A stretch of DNA of 41,594 nucleotides. Source: Phoronis australis (lineage: Eukaryota; Animalia; Phoronida). The notes under the pieces were generated by a model. It was not told the origin of the DNA. It searched no databases and worked only from the letters and a program-made list of their open reading frames with translations. Location of the stretch: assembly GCA_002633005.1 (NCBI GenBank), contig NMRA01000013.1, forward strand, positions 1 to 41,594. Reading direction: 5' to 3'. The position numbers and the translations under genes are program-made. The first letter of the stretch is position 1; each line of letters starts with the position of its first letter. Below are positions 21,201 to 36,200 of the stretch, in pieces.

Positions 21201-24200
21201 ATTTCTTTGCGCTACCTAATAGCCATTTAAATAACTTGACGTACATTTTTGACGTCCGCCTGTCTATCTGCCAAACCACTCAAAGGACCATTAATAAAAT
21301 TAACGGTTGTGTTCCTGATGCAAGGACCGAGGTTGACGTTGAATTTTGCATGGTTTTGACTACTCTGGGGCTCCTAAGGGCAATTAAGACTTTTTGTGTC
21401 TGCAGCTGTATCTCTTTGACACTTTGAAGGACCTGTGGCAGTTTGGCGGATACGCTCCTAAAGAGGTGCCAACAGATGACGATAAGTTCCAGAACAATCG
21501 GAATATAACTGTGCCCCCTAGTGTCAATTTTAGTCATTTATACGTTTGTCTCTACATCTTTGGAGTTCTTTAGCTTATTTTCATGAATTTGTCAAAAAGG
21601 TGTGCTACTGCGATGACGCTACCTTCCTATTTCGAACAGATGTGGCATATTCTTCGCCTTCTAGTAGCCGTTTTTATCCTACTTAACACCTGCAGAATCA
21701 CACCGTTTGCGGTGCTGTCGTGGGCGCATTTCAACTCCCTGCCTTGCCTTCTAATGAAACTAAGAAGTATTGCATCGAATTTTCCAAGACGTAATGCTGC
21801 TCCCCTTGGTAGTGTTTTATTTTATGTGAGTCTTCGAAAGCGTTTATATGTAGAAAATAAACATCAAATCTTTCGATCTATTGAAATACAGAATCAACAT
21901 TTTTCCTAACTGTGACTAATATAACAACCGTTACTGGTCAAATTAAATGGCTCGCCAATTTGCCACTGTTTAGTAATCCATGATCCACGTTGAAAGCGCG
22001 CTGGAGATTAATCGCACTCATTGATTACATTCTGCCAAATGAGTTGGCAACTCAAGTCACGTCACAGGGAATGTGCACTTTCACCATTTTTGAATTCGCG
22101 ATTTCAGGGTTGACCAACTTTGGAGTGTTTTCTTAAGTCACTTGGAGGTTATGGAAATCAAGTCCTACCATAGTATGGAATGTCATGAGACCGGTTTTAT
22201 GAGCTTAACAGACTAGATTCATTTTTCCTTTTTTGGCATTAACTATTGAGAAATGCAGTTCTGAAAGTCAAATTGAACTACATACGTACATGCATAAGTA
22301 TAATAATCATGATTTTCGAAACAACAACGTTACTGGCTCCATATAACAATGCTTTTACTTTAACTTTAGGTGGCGTTAGCCTTAGTGACGGGTGGATTGG
22401 TAATTTTGATACACATTGCCAACATAACTCAGGCCTGCTCGTACCAAGAGGCAATGTTGCTAACCCTGGGAAACCTTGGACATAAAGTATGCATCATTAC
22501 TTTGGTTGCTGAGGGTGCCATGGAATGCGTTGTTCTTTTGGTGGTAGCCGGAGACTACATTGAGAAATGTGAGTTATTGAAAACTCCTATAGGATTGAAA
22601 CTGCATTGTTGACTGTTATATAGGAAGCCCTTCGTCCCACTTTCCGCAAACATCACGTTGTTACAATCTAAACAACGCATGCATACTCTGGAAACTTGTG
22701 CATGCCTGATCCTTGCATCGTGATTCGATGACATGACGGACAATTTCGCCGTGGACATTGGATGAGACTGAATACCGAATACAAGGAGGGTCGAGTGTTA
22801 AAGGTGTACTTGCATGCCCTTTGTTATACTAATGTATAACAGAAACTAAACGACAATCCTACATGCATTTGAACATCATTAACGCTAAACAAACTGAAGT
22901 TGTATTCGCTGACAACTTGTAAATGTGAAAACAAAAACCTGCTAACAGGTGACCTTTGCATTAATGGCGTACTTTGGGGGCTCACATAGGCCGCACTATT
23001 ATTCTCCAACACCACGTTACGATAGTTACTGGACATGGTTGAATAATTTACGGTGGGTAATTTTGACACAAAACTCGTTCTTAAACATTTGACCATTTTC
23101 AACGTTCCTCATATTCACATCGTCGCTACATGTTATGTAACTAATTTGAAAGAGACATCACAGAGATAAGAAATTAGCGTGCAAGTTCCATCTTAACGTC
23201 ACAGTCAGTGCAAGACAAATTTCGCAATGCAGTTTTCAGTGTCATGCTAGGTCGTATCATTACAGTGATTTGTCACGAAAAAAATCATATTTTGAGTTGA
23301 CTTTCACGAAGTCGACACAGGTGAACTGAGAGAAAAGGTGATTAAATGACGTATCCGACAGAGACAGTCGAAAATCTCGGGGAGGAGCTCGTGCAGTATG
23401 TTCACTACCCCAACTGAAGACAAAAGCCGGTGAAATGTAGACACCATTGGATGCTTTGTGCCACATTGAGCATATGGGAATTGAAGTTGCATTCCGTAAG
23501 AGCAAACATGCACATAAATTTCACCATTATGGCATTCAACGCAGAGGTTGAGAGACATTTTTCAGTACCAAAACGAACAAAAACTTAACGGCGGTCGTGC
23601 TTGTCTCGTGTCTACAGGACTAGCAGTTTTGTGAATTGAATGTGACTTGATGCGAAGTATAAACTCCAGGGTTTGTTGAAGGCCAGAAAACTTCTGTTTT
23701 AACTTTGCAGTAGAGCAGCAGTAAATTGGAAAGTGTGTTATAGAAGTTACGGCCCAGTAACATATTTGTGCCGTGGACCCCGCTGTTGTTTCACACGGCC
23801 CTGAATAGTTGCATGTGTACGTTTTATTGATAGACGTACCTCATTCACACCCAGGCCCCATGTTGCAGAACTTGTCGGGGGACGTGGGGATGAGAAAATA
23901 TCACTCTGCTTGCATATGTAGCTGTTCTAAATACGTGCCAAACCTTTTGTTAGTGAAACTATTCATCCTGTGGTAATGGATATCATACAGTCATTCCTAA
24001 GATGCATTGTAAAATTGATGAAAATGTCAGTTCTGGAGTCATACGATTGCAGCTGCAGAAATGCGGATGACTGGAATTTTCAAAGGGAAATAATGGCTGA
24101 ATGCGATACTTGCATAAGGAGGAGTGTTGGGAGCACTTTTGAAATGCTTGCTGCCCACAGGGTCCAAATTACATTTGTATTCGAAGATACAGTCGAGTCA

Positions 24201-27200
24201 ACATCTAGCTGCGCTAGACTGAGTTGACTACTGTCTTGTTCCGTCTCTCTTTGTGCATCAGTTTGTAGATTCAGAGAGCGGAAGTTTTGTCCACAACTAA
24301 TCCATGAACTGCATAATGTATTCTTTTTGATGGGCAAGCACGGTACGTCACTCAGTGTCTTCTGAAAGTGCGTTTCTTTTTTTCGCTTTTCAACTCAGCG
24401 AGAACAGCCTCCCGTTCAGTAACGCTAGGACCTCGCTAAAAAGCAAGACTTCGCGAGATTACGTGAGATATTGCCGTGCATTTTAAATGAGAACACGTGA
24501 CTTTGACTAGGTTTTAGTTAGGTCCTAGCGTAGGTCATAGCGTCTACTGAACGCACGCCAGGATTGATCTTGTCTACAGGAAACGCGGTGGGTATTGGGG
24601 TTTTGCCCGCTGTCCACGTTGGTGAGTAGAAAGTTATCAACATTTGCAAGTGATCCTTGGAAGTCTTCACGCTTTTTGCCGATTAAGTGAGGAAGAAGAT
24701 AAACTCATTTTAATTAAGAGACCTCGTTTCAAACCGGATAGACCGGAAATACAGCACTCAGAATATTCACCAGACCACCCATTACAAAGAAAGCATAAGG
24801 AAAAGAAAAAACAACGGCTCAGCGTGGTTGATCGAGTCCTTATATCTGCAGAGGTTGAGAAGTACCCACATTCTTTTGAAGACACACGTTCTTACTTATT
24901 AACCAAGACGAGACAGTTATCGTACCTCACGTCTTGTGAGCAACTGGAACTTGTCAAGGAGATATCACAGTACATAGTGACGACTGACGTGTCTGCTGGG
25001 TTTATTGGCTGCTGATCAAATACAGTGTGCTAACGGAACGATGAGGTGAAAGAGTTGTTGATACCAATTCCCCTTAGAGTCTTAATTTATCCCATAGCTA
25101 GATAAGTATATGCATTGTAGCAACCAGTGCCATTATCATCATACTTGCTTAAATATCAGGGTAAGGTGGGTATACAACACAAGGATTTGATGACTGCTGT
25201 ATCACCCTTCGCCGATTCTGTACAAAATGCCAAGAACACCAATTGAAGCAGCAGATTCAACATTTTCACATCTGTTAACTTGCTACAGCATGTCCTTAGA
25301 TCCCATATTCAGGCACTGTTGTGGCAGCACAGGGATGCCAAATCTCTACCCCCTGAGTGAGACATATATAATTCATTTTTCGTGAAATAATTGAGATGAT
25401 GATGGAGAGTCAAGCGAGCCTTTACAGATAAGCTTGCATATGATGCAGAAGTTACTGCTAGGGAAAATGATACACACACTCTCTACAAAAGTGTGAGAAA
25501 GATTCAAGGTTGTCTTCGGAACTAACAACAATAACCACTGAAGCGGCCAGACAACACAGTTGTTACAGATGAAGGGGAGAAAGCACAGAGATGACTGAAT
25601 TATTTCCACACTCTCCAGAATAGTCCAAACCCCACCAACTCAGCAGACAAACTAGAAGCCGTAATGAATCTCGACATAAACCCTGATGAGGTAGAAGTCG
25701 AAAGTGCCCTATGAAAAATAAACAGTGGAAAGACACGTGATGAGAAGAGTATCTGTCCAGACATGCTGAGGACAGGATGTGGAGAGGCAATGTCCTACTT
25801 TGTATGAAAATGACGTTATGCTTGAAGAATGGACGAAGGGTTTCATCGTTAAATTACCCAAAAGGGTGACCTAGGTAACTGCAAGACCTGCAGACCTATA
25901 ATAGTACAGACAATTCAGCAAAAAGATTCTGAGGAGAATCTCAGAGTTCAACCATATACACGTCATGAACAATATGTTCTTTTAAAATGAAAATTACTGG
26001 ACTGACCATATATTTACTGCACATTGTTGAGCACATTGTTGAGTGCATGTGCGCACGGGGGGAGGGGCTCGGAAGGCTCAAACGAGCACCCCCATTTGGC
26101 GAACTGGACAAAAAATGTCTGCCTCAGAGAAACAGAAACAAAAAATCCGAAAAAAGTAGGAAACGAGACAAAAGTCCACTAAAATGGCAAGAACTACGAA
26201 AATTCGGTGATGCACAATTCATAGCTCTGAACGTACCCCGAGAATCCACTTTCTCAAAAATTCGAGCCCCACATTTTTTAGGCTGGAGGCACGCATGGAG
26301 TTGAACTCGGTGGCATATTCACATTTTATAAGTTTTGAGAAGGAATTGAGTATCAGTTTCTGAGAGCACCTACGGTTGGCTCTACATCAACAGCCACAGA
26401 TTTTCCTGAAACTTTATGAGAGCTTGGGCTACCCCTAGATTTGCACTTATTTACCTTTGATTTTTCTGATACAAGCCTCTCGTTCATTTTTATGCTGATC
26501 TGACAAAAATGGCTTTTTCGGTGCTTATTTCTGTAAAAAAGCTGTCAAATTTGCAAATTGAGACACCTTGAAAGTTTGGAATAACTGTATTTTTTCTGTT
26601 AATGCAACTGACCTTAAGATCCAGAAACACGTTTTATATTTAAGATAGGCATTTTACGTTAGAATTTAAGTAATGAGTTTTTATTGAGAATTTTTGCGAA
26701 TTTTCAGTTGACTGATTTTGGCCATTTTCAACGAGAATGCGAGCAAAGAATATAGAATGTGTGAATATGAAAGCAGTTTGTTTTGATAATAAACTTTTTT
26801 CTCAGGAAGATGACTGGTGGCCATCCTGGAATTAAAAGTTGCTCAAACCTAGCTGAATCTGCTTTAATTTTAGATAGATTCAAAATTTTAACGGTGGTTC
26901 ATTGAGCCTATGATGTTAAGTCGACTACTTTAGAGTTTGAATTGAGCTTACTAAGTTTTGTCTTTACCCGACACGTACCTTTACAAAGAACATATGTTTG
27001 TGTATAACAGAAGGAGATACAACACCATGATCCAGACTGAAGTTGTGAAATTCAAAGATGCTCTTTTGGAATCAGGAGAAAATTCATTTAAAACTAATCA
27101 TTAAAACTATGACCAAAAGACGAAAACCGGTCTTTGAGGTCAAAAGATGCCAAAAAGGCATCTGAAATTACTTCTAGTGTGGTTCAATCGCTGGTTTTGA

Positions 27201-30200
27201 TGACAAAATCTGCCTATCTCAATTTCAGTCGTGGCCAGAGTGATCTCCGAAGAGTTTGTTACCACATGGTATGGTAACCAGAAGTCCTTGGTTACCATTT
27301 TAGGGGTGTTAATTCTTCTGCCCATGTGTCTAATGCGAGAAATCAAAGGATTGAGGTATACCAGGTGAGAACTAAGCGTTTGGTTACGGTTTAATGAAGG
27401 TTATGATTTTACAAAGATCAGAAAATGACTATTGCCTTCAGCTGTTACTTACAATGTAGTGTGAATACACATACACACAGATACAGTATTTCTGGACCCT
27501 GTTTCTTCAAAATTGTCTAAAGAAAGACAAAATTTTTGTCTTGCGCTCCATATAACTACTTAATAACAATTAAATTTCTTTTAAGCATGAGTGCAAAGTC
27601 TCTGAGAATATAAACATAACTAGTAGTTACTCAGGTGATTTCTATTAAGTGTTTCCTTAGTTAAACATTTATTCAGCAATTGTGAAATGGAGTTCGTAAA
27701 ACCACTTTTCTGTCTTAAGTCTAAAGCCACGTCACTTTCATGAAACGAATCCCTGATCTATGAGAATGTGTCTTGATTTCTTTGTTACCAATTAATTATG
27801 AGAAAACGGAACTTAGCTATATCCGACACAAACATAAACTGACTATCGAGCCACAATAGGAGGGAGACCAAGACACATATGAGATTGCATTTGAAAGTCA
27901 AATTCCAATGACGAATATATAATGTTGGGAACTATGTTTTTGCAATTAGTCTGCAGTCTTACAATACAACTACTGTTCGAAAACAAAAAAACTATGCAAA
28001 ATGGTTTTGATTGGGCAATACCATTCGAAATCGATATCTTTGCATGAAACCCAAAAATGTGACGCATATTATAAACCGATATCGGATTGCAATTTAAACC
28101 TTTAAGAAATATTTGATGAATTTAGCAAACAAGTTCTCTCAAGCTGCGTATCTTCTAAGCTCTCTCATAACTGTCTAACATTATCAGTTTCGTCCGACTC
28201 CCAACAGTTGATTACAGAAATTCAGTTGCACACCATCATCATTCTTTGAATTCCAAAATCATACTTTTCATTAAAAATCTCCAGTGCAGTTTTGAATTAG
28301 TTTTGAACGCGTTTAGAACGGAGTTTATTCGTTTAAGAAACTTTTCTTGTCTGATATTTTGAATGCTTTCGTTCATTAAAGCTTAAATGTGAAGCAAACA
28401 TTCATATACTCCTTCATAGAGACGATTTCTTGGCCTTCCAAAAAGATACATTTGCTAATTTTCAACAGGTCGTCCTCCGTTAAGAGAGGCAGAATTGGGT
28501 TTTTCCATGCTCCTCTTTGAAAGGCGTCAAACGAAAACATTTTTGGGTCAATCATTTTTGATTTTGCAAATAGCCATTTTCTTAAAGTTTCTTTTTTCAA
28601 AAATGTGGTGTCTGTTCTCAAAAACTTCATATGGTCTAGCTCAAATCACCAATAAGCAATTACACGAGCAATGTAACTTGCAGTTTTTGTATTTTGTTTT
28701 AAGAGTTGGCAAACTCGCAGTTTTAATTAATAATTTCACTTCCACATTCAAAATGACTTTAACTTACAGACTTAATACATCCCTGACACTTACTGACATC
28801 CGTATGTGTTAAATTTTAAATTGTGTTGCTTCGTAAAATTAAAGTGATCAATGGATGTCTGAGAAATAAACTTCAAACGATCGTTTTGGCACTACCGTGA
28901 AATAATGGATAAAGACGTTTGAAGACTCGCAGTAATCACATGCCACTATTGGTCAAATTTCACAGAAAATGGTCCAGTTTTACCAGAAAACAAACAAATC
29001 GTCCGTTTGTATACAGCTACACTATGAAACCTTTTCCTTAAAATTTCAGTGTATCCTTGAGCAAAGACCAATACAGCTACCTGGTTGATTGTTCATACTG
29101 ATACAGGATCTTTGTGTAGTTGTGTGACAATTGCCTAATTGTGGGTTTTGCTTATGGGCTACCCCGGGTTCTTTAGAGTCAGCTACCACGACAGGTCAGG
29201 GAGACGACTGCAAGGTTGCATTCCAGGGGCGGATCCAGGATTTTGAGTTAGGGGGGCCAGGGCACATGAATAACCAGAATTTCGGCAGATGCGCCGCGCG
29301 CCCAGCCCTAAAATGTAGGGATGCAGGGTTCTCGAACTTTTGGGTTTGCGAACCTTTTGACGAAAAAAAAGAAAAAAACGGCAAACGGGGTTTGTTCAGG
29401 GCCTATGCATTGTTTCTTCACCCCCCGAGCCCTTCTGGTTGCGCGCATGNCCCCCCCCCCCCCCCCCCTAAATCCGCCACTGCATTACTTGCTATTTCCC
29501 TTGGCGAGGGAAGAGAGATCGCGTGATTTCGCAAGACGATATATGCGAAATGCGTATTCATACCAGTTTTACTACCCGAGGGGGTCTTGGGTCTTCGGAA
29601 TGTGCCCTTTTAAATGCTTTGTTCAAATACACAACCACAAGATCGCCACATCCTGAAGTTTGCAACAACACTTTGGTTGTTATTATACCACATAGGCACT
29701 GCACATGATAGGACTAGAGCAATGAACCAGTTGGATTGCGTTTCCAAATAACAAAGTGTCTGAACCTACAACAGTATTTTCGCGTACTCATGCCTGTCTA
29801 CTTCTAGCGGCAACGGAACGAAGATGAAGCTTATTTTCCCGTCGCCACCCAGCATCCACAAGCCAGCCCTGAAACTCTCACACTGAGACTGTTCCTGTCC
29901 AAAACTGGTTTGGTGAAATGGTGTGAGCCTTTCCATAGGACATGTAAAACTCCAATTTTCTGTTTGTAATCATTTTTATGTGATTTTTCCTCCAGCTATC
30001 TGGGCTTTGCTGCAACAACCTTCATCACATCTCTTGTGGTTGTCAAGTACTTCCTGCGGTCAACAGACGCCGCTTGCTTCAACAACAACGCTACGTGGAT
30101 AGACAGTTTATTTATCGCCCCTGGTGTGTCGGCCTCGTATATGGTAAGGTTAGGGTTGTTTAGGGGCTAGTTAGGGCCCAGTGGCGGATTTAGAGGGGGC

Positions 30201-33200
30201 ACATGGCCCCCCTAAAACTCCCAGATTCCATTTGGCAGTTCAGGTTTGCAAAATTCTGACGGGCAAAATCCTGGCTAATACTCTGCCCTGCCCCCCCAAC
30301 TAAAAATCCTACAATGAAGTGCATCTATTAGGGGAGCCTATTTCTGTTTACTTACCCAATGCAATTGCTAAATGTTTTGCCGAGTTTGAAGTGCTATGCC
30401 TAAGGGTCGGCGTCCTGCACGATACGATCTGCCGAGAGGCCTCACGATTTTTTATCGCCGACAAATTGTCGTGTAAGTTTAACCAGCACACGGTACTATT
30501 TTTGAGGTGACTGAGGTGCTTTTTAGCGGCTTCGTGAGCAATTATCAAAATAATTAGCATTTTGGATTTGAAACTAACACATGGCATAGCGAAATTTTCT
30601 GCAGACAAGCCAAATTGCACATTCTGAACATATCAGTTAAAGAACACAAAGTCAAACTGTGTATCAACACTGTAGCCGATGTTTTTTAATTTATGTATTC
30701 GTGTATAATTGTATATAGACTTCTTTGTATTTTTTAACCCAGATCTAATGCCTCTTGGCACTTTCTGGGTTATGTACAGTATATTCATTGTATTCTGAAA
30801 ATTTCGTAATAAACATTAAAAAATCATCAAGTATCAACCCAAGTTACTTAAATGTGGAAGAAATACAGCCAGGAACTCCACTGAATTTTCGGCACACATG
30901 AAGCAGACTGTGAACTGGGGACTGGAACGATGCCTCAACGAATGAGATCGTCTGCCATCATGCCATGTTAACCTAATGACGCAATATTAGTGACCCGATT
31001 GCCAACCAATGAGAAAAATGAATGTATGTACTTTAGGAGTTCACAATTAGGTCAGGTATGCAAATAGAGAAGAAATAAGAGAACAATGAGTATGGATAGC
31101 AGCGTAACTAATGGAAACGCAAGACCACCAGCCAAACTGCGCGCAAGTAGTTTTGTCAATCATAATAATTCCAGGCAACCTTGTTGCAGGAACCGAAGGG
31201 GCCTAACAACATAACCATTTTTTTCGAAATACCACTCAGTGTTCTGTTTAGACTCCCTCATGCAGCTGTTTTGAAAATACCGAGCATATGTCACTGAATT
31301 TTCAAGAACGCACGTGAATGTAAGCTTACACCCGCCGCTATCACCGAATTTCAAGAGGTGTTAGTGTTCATCCTGTAGAGAACGATAACTGAACAGGCGA
31401 CTGGCATAGCCACAGGGTGGGGAGCATGCACAGTCAAGAAAAGAAGGACATGACAAAACATGCAGACATTTATTAATTACCAGTGCTGGATTTTCCCTTT
31501 GGGTACGGCTTGCCAGGATGTTTTTTGGAGAGTATGATAAGTTTTAGAAAATATCGCTTTACGCACCTTCCTAATCTCACTAGTAAACAGTCCCTTATTC
31601 GTACTCGTTTCGAAAGGGTTCGATAAAAAGGTTATGGACATGTTTTCCTGATCAGAATTAGAATATTTGATGACTTTTCATTAAGTAAGACATTCGCTTC
31701 CAGACGGGGTCCTCTCTTGGAGGACGGACCAAGGCAATTACCCCTGCTCTGTCAACTTTTCACGAAGAAACGTATTAGAAAATCAAATTCGTTAAGAAAA
31801 TTACAGAAGTTGTACATGCGAAGCAAAGCATCATCAATACAAGCGCCTTACACAGACTGTGTTAATAATGAAAAGACTATTTCTTAAACACCTAGGTTTA
31901 TTGGTTGATGACGACTTAGCTCTACACCTCATTACAGGGATTTTGTTGTACAGTAAACACACTAAAATTGTCGCTAGAAATCTCCACTCCACTTATTTTG
32001 ATGTATCCTAGAAATCTTTTCCCTACCGCACATCAATTACTATGACGTTACAGTAGTTATCAATGTTCTGTTGTTAAGTTAATTCAACCGTTTGGAAAAC
32101 AAACTCACTGTAAAGCTACATAAGCGATTTTTGCCCAAATAAATCTTCCAAACACATCACATAAATGATCACGTTCAGAGTTGTACATGTATTCTGTTTC
32201 TAGTGCCACTATTTGATAATGGCTGTCTTCGGTGCAATGATTGAGCGAAATACAAAGGGATACGCAAAGACCAGTGTTGCTACAATACTCATCTGCACCG
32301 TGTTCAACACGCTCATGCCCGTCTTTGGTTACCTAACATTTGGAAACGCCATCAGCAAGGACGTGATTTTGTCATACTTACCTACGGCGGATATCTACAT
32401 CACCTATTTTGCCTTGGCACTGAAATGCTTCCTGTCGATCCCGGTAATATTCTTTTGTGTCAGGTACGAAGTTTTAAGGTACTGAATCTGCACACAAGAA
32501 CTCCATTCATCTGTACTCACTACAAATTAAACAAAAACACTCCAAAAAACACAACAATGCTTATAATTATGATAAAAAATACAGCTTTCTAGTTGTTGTT
32601 AAGAACGAAGTTACGTTTCTTAAGTTGTTATGGTCCTGGGGCCTGTGTCTCAAAAAGTCTATTTTGAGCGAAATCACAAATGTGACTACGAAAAACCAAA
32701 AGTATTTGTCTTTTGCTTCGTTTGAAACGTTTTGTCTTTTGATTTTGAGTTGAATGTAGAATTTCTATGATATTAAGTCTAAGCCTGGTTATTGTGAAAC
32801 AGGCTAACCCATCTGGACATCGATTTTAAGCCGACAACAAAAATAAAAAGGCCAATAGACCCTTTGAGAAACAGATCTTTACATGNCCCCCAATTTGGCG
32901 AATTGGACAAAAAGGTCCGCCTCAGTGAAACAAAAAGTCAGAGTAAACGAAATGCACAATTCGTAGGCCTGAACCTAGTGGCCCCGTTTTTGTTAGCCCC
33001 CGTTGATTTCTTTTACTGAAAGGTCCGTACAACGAAAGATTCGAGCTCACCTATGCTTTAGGCTGCCGGGGTGCGCGCATGCTTTTGGAACAGTCTCATG
33101 AAAATTGGCTCACGACCTTTAAATCAGAAATTTGGTCTCATGCCCCACATTATTTGTAAGTAAAGTTCCCAGATTCTTAGTACATACCGTAATTGCTTGT

Positions 33201-36200
33201 TACTGAAATAACTTGTCTTTTTGTATAAAATATTACTTTACTGTGATGTGCTAGTATATACATGTATGGCTAAATCGTTACTCAGAAATTGTAGAAGTGG
33301 AAATGTAAGACCACAATTCTAACTTAGGTCTCAAGGACTTTTGAGACCCTATTTACAAAATTGGCAATTTTTGTAATACTCCATGTAGTAGCTACCACGT
33401 AGTAACTATCTCTTTCATGGAGTCTCAAGTCTCGAGCCCATCCCAGTATACTGAGAGACAATTAAACCAGCAGCAAATTCAATTTGTGGTTATTAAACGA
33501 ATAAGTCGTCTCATCTTGTTCCTGATTAGGGTTGAAAGTGATTTATGGGCAGGTGAACAACTTGCAACTCGTTATTGCTTGAGAATACATTCAATAACTT
33601 GCCTTCATGTCAATGCTGCTCACGATCTCAAGCGCTACCAAGCTATCAGTCCATCCCCAGCTAATTAAGTATGGCCGAAGCTCTCCAGCAACAACCGGTG
33701 TACACTGTATTCTAAACCAGGCAGTTGCATGAGTATCAGTACAATCCCCGGAGGGAAATATAACTGCTCAACCAATATATGCTATCAAAAATAATAATCA
33801 AATACCAAGAGACACATGATACTCAACTGCTGCCCATGACCGTCTTGGGGATGGCACTTAAAATCATTATAAAGGAACAAGTTATATTGCCAATTTTATA
33901 ACTGTAAGTGATCTAAATCAAATGTTAGTGAATATGACGGACAGGGAAAGGCATGCGTATAATCCACGGGCGTTTCTTTGATTTTAGAAGTGCGCTCCAG
34001 GACTTGTGGTTAGCTGTCTGGAGCGTGACACCTAGCGAGGCGGTACATGGAGAGCGGAAGCGCCGCACTTGTGTCGGAGTGACTGGATTTATAATAATTT
34101 GGGGTATTTACATAGCTGTACCAGATATAGTGTCTGCCATAGCGTATGCTGGAGGTTTGGGATTCTTGTATTCTTGCGTTTTTCCAGGTAAGTTGATAGT
34201 CATACTTTAAAGTGCGAACCAACAGCCAGCCCCTCAATATTCTGAATCTGCCATCGCCTTTAAAAGGGCGCGATTCCGACTGTCCATTTCTCCAAGGTAC
34301 TTTAGTGGGTAAGAACGTCACAGTATTAAACTAATGTACCTAACAAAAGTTCTTGTAAAATTCAGATAGAACTTACACCCTCTTTTTCCATACATTACAC
34401 ATTCGGAGTAGCATTGAATGTACATGTACATGTACATGTACGATGTGTGCAACAGTAAATGTACATGTGAGACGACCTTCGCTATCGTCAGTACCGGGAA
34501 CTGGATCTTTCTGATGCCCTCATTTCTTGCTTTCCGTTGGAGAAAAATAAATCTAGAGGGTGCAAGCGTGTTTTCTTCAAAAACTGCAAGCAGTTACGTA
34601 GTTGGATCTGGGAGATGTACACTAGGAATTGCTCTCGAAAGCGAAGCAAATCATTCCATTTTGATTCAATGTGATCAAACCAACACGAAATTTATACATG
34701 TAATCTGTAGAACGCTTGGACTGAAATATTTGTATATAGTGCATTTGATTGGCAATCACTTTGTTTTGCAATATGGACGCTTAAAATAAACCCAATTGTT
34801 GTCCTCGGGAACAAAAAGTTACCGGTACTTAAAGAAATGACTATTGCCTAAGGTGTTTATCGGAAATCTCCGATGATAACAAAGCAACGTAAACCAGGAG
34901 CTTGTGAGAATTTCGCCCAGGCGGAATGACCAGAAATCCGGTTTCTATACATGTACATGTAACTTGCTTACGATTTACGCTTAAGAGAAAGCAATTTTGA
35001 TGATTTGTTGCGTACTAGCATAATCTCGTGAAAGGAGGTCTTTATTAATCAGAGGGTTCAAAACTAACACCTACGATTGTTCCACATATTTAGCTGCAAA
35101 ATAACGGAAAGTGCACAGTCGCATTATTTCGTATCAGACGATTTTTAGCTAGACATTGGTTATTAATTATATGTTGGTTGCCAATGTCAAAGTAAAGACT
35201 TAGTCGCTGTGATTCCAGTGAAGACAAGTTTTAGTTGTCGACCTATACAACACGCCGCGGCCGCAACTCAGTGATCTTAGGTCAGGTCTCACACACTGGG
35301 GACTCGTCCCCGTGTTTCAGTTACTGGCTACACACGAAATTATCGCAGTGTTTTTACCTGATACCTTATACCAAAAATTCCTTGAAGTGTAAGCCAATTG
35401 GTTAGGGTATGCAACTCAACTGGAGTGGCTGAGCTAGCCAGACGAGATCCCAGCCTCGTCTCCAAGCCCCAAAGTGGCGCTGATCAGCTTAGCATTTGAG
35501 GCTTGGTTATGGGAAATGAAATGTGTCAGAATTCTGACACACTTTTAAGGAAATCGCCGGAATATCACAAGTAATATGAAGTTATATCAATTTTGAATTT
35601 TTTGCAGACAAAAAACAAACGGTATATTTCAGCAATTTAGTTATAAATTATTGCAAAAATGACGTATTTTGATTCGAATACAGAATAATATTAATTAAAA
35701 TGAATGGAAAATAAGAACCCCAACAACCTCTATTTCAAATAAACAAAGCAATGCCTTCTGCTTCATGAGTGGCAGCAACAACGTCTGTGGAAATAATTAA
35801 AATTTGCCTTTGTTTTAATGACGTCAACGCAGCATTCCACAGAAGATTTTTCCCATAACCAAGCCTCAAATGGCTGAACCGATTAACGCCATCTTGAGGC
35901 TTGTGGACGAGATCCTCGTATTCTTCAGTCGAGCCTCGTGTTGGCATTGAGATGTGGACCATGCATAAAAATTGAATTTGTCATGAAAAGCACAGAATAT
36001 GTTCATGCGAAGCACAGCAGCATCAAGACATGCAGTGAGACTCTTAAAAACATAAAAAATTAGGTGCCTAAGGTGGCACTGAATAGTTAGGCTGCGGCCG
36101 CGGCCAATTTGTAGTCCCAGAACATCAAAATTTTGGGGAAGGCCAAGTTTGGGAGCATTTTGTAGGTAGGCATTGAATGTGGTTTGTTTGTATTTATGAA

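Noticed and set aside
28376-28965. Transib/Chapaev-like CAC termini (CACGGTAGTG on - at ~28899; CACTATTGG at ~28944) and an 84-aa ORF
   Set aside because: No paired TIRs or TSD and no recognisable transposase motif.
30148-30176. Telomere-like GGTTAGGG sequence
   Set aside because: Only 2-3 degenerate units at an intron start.
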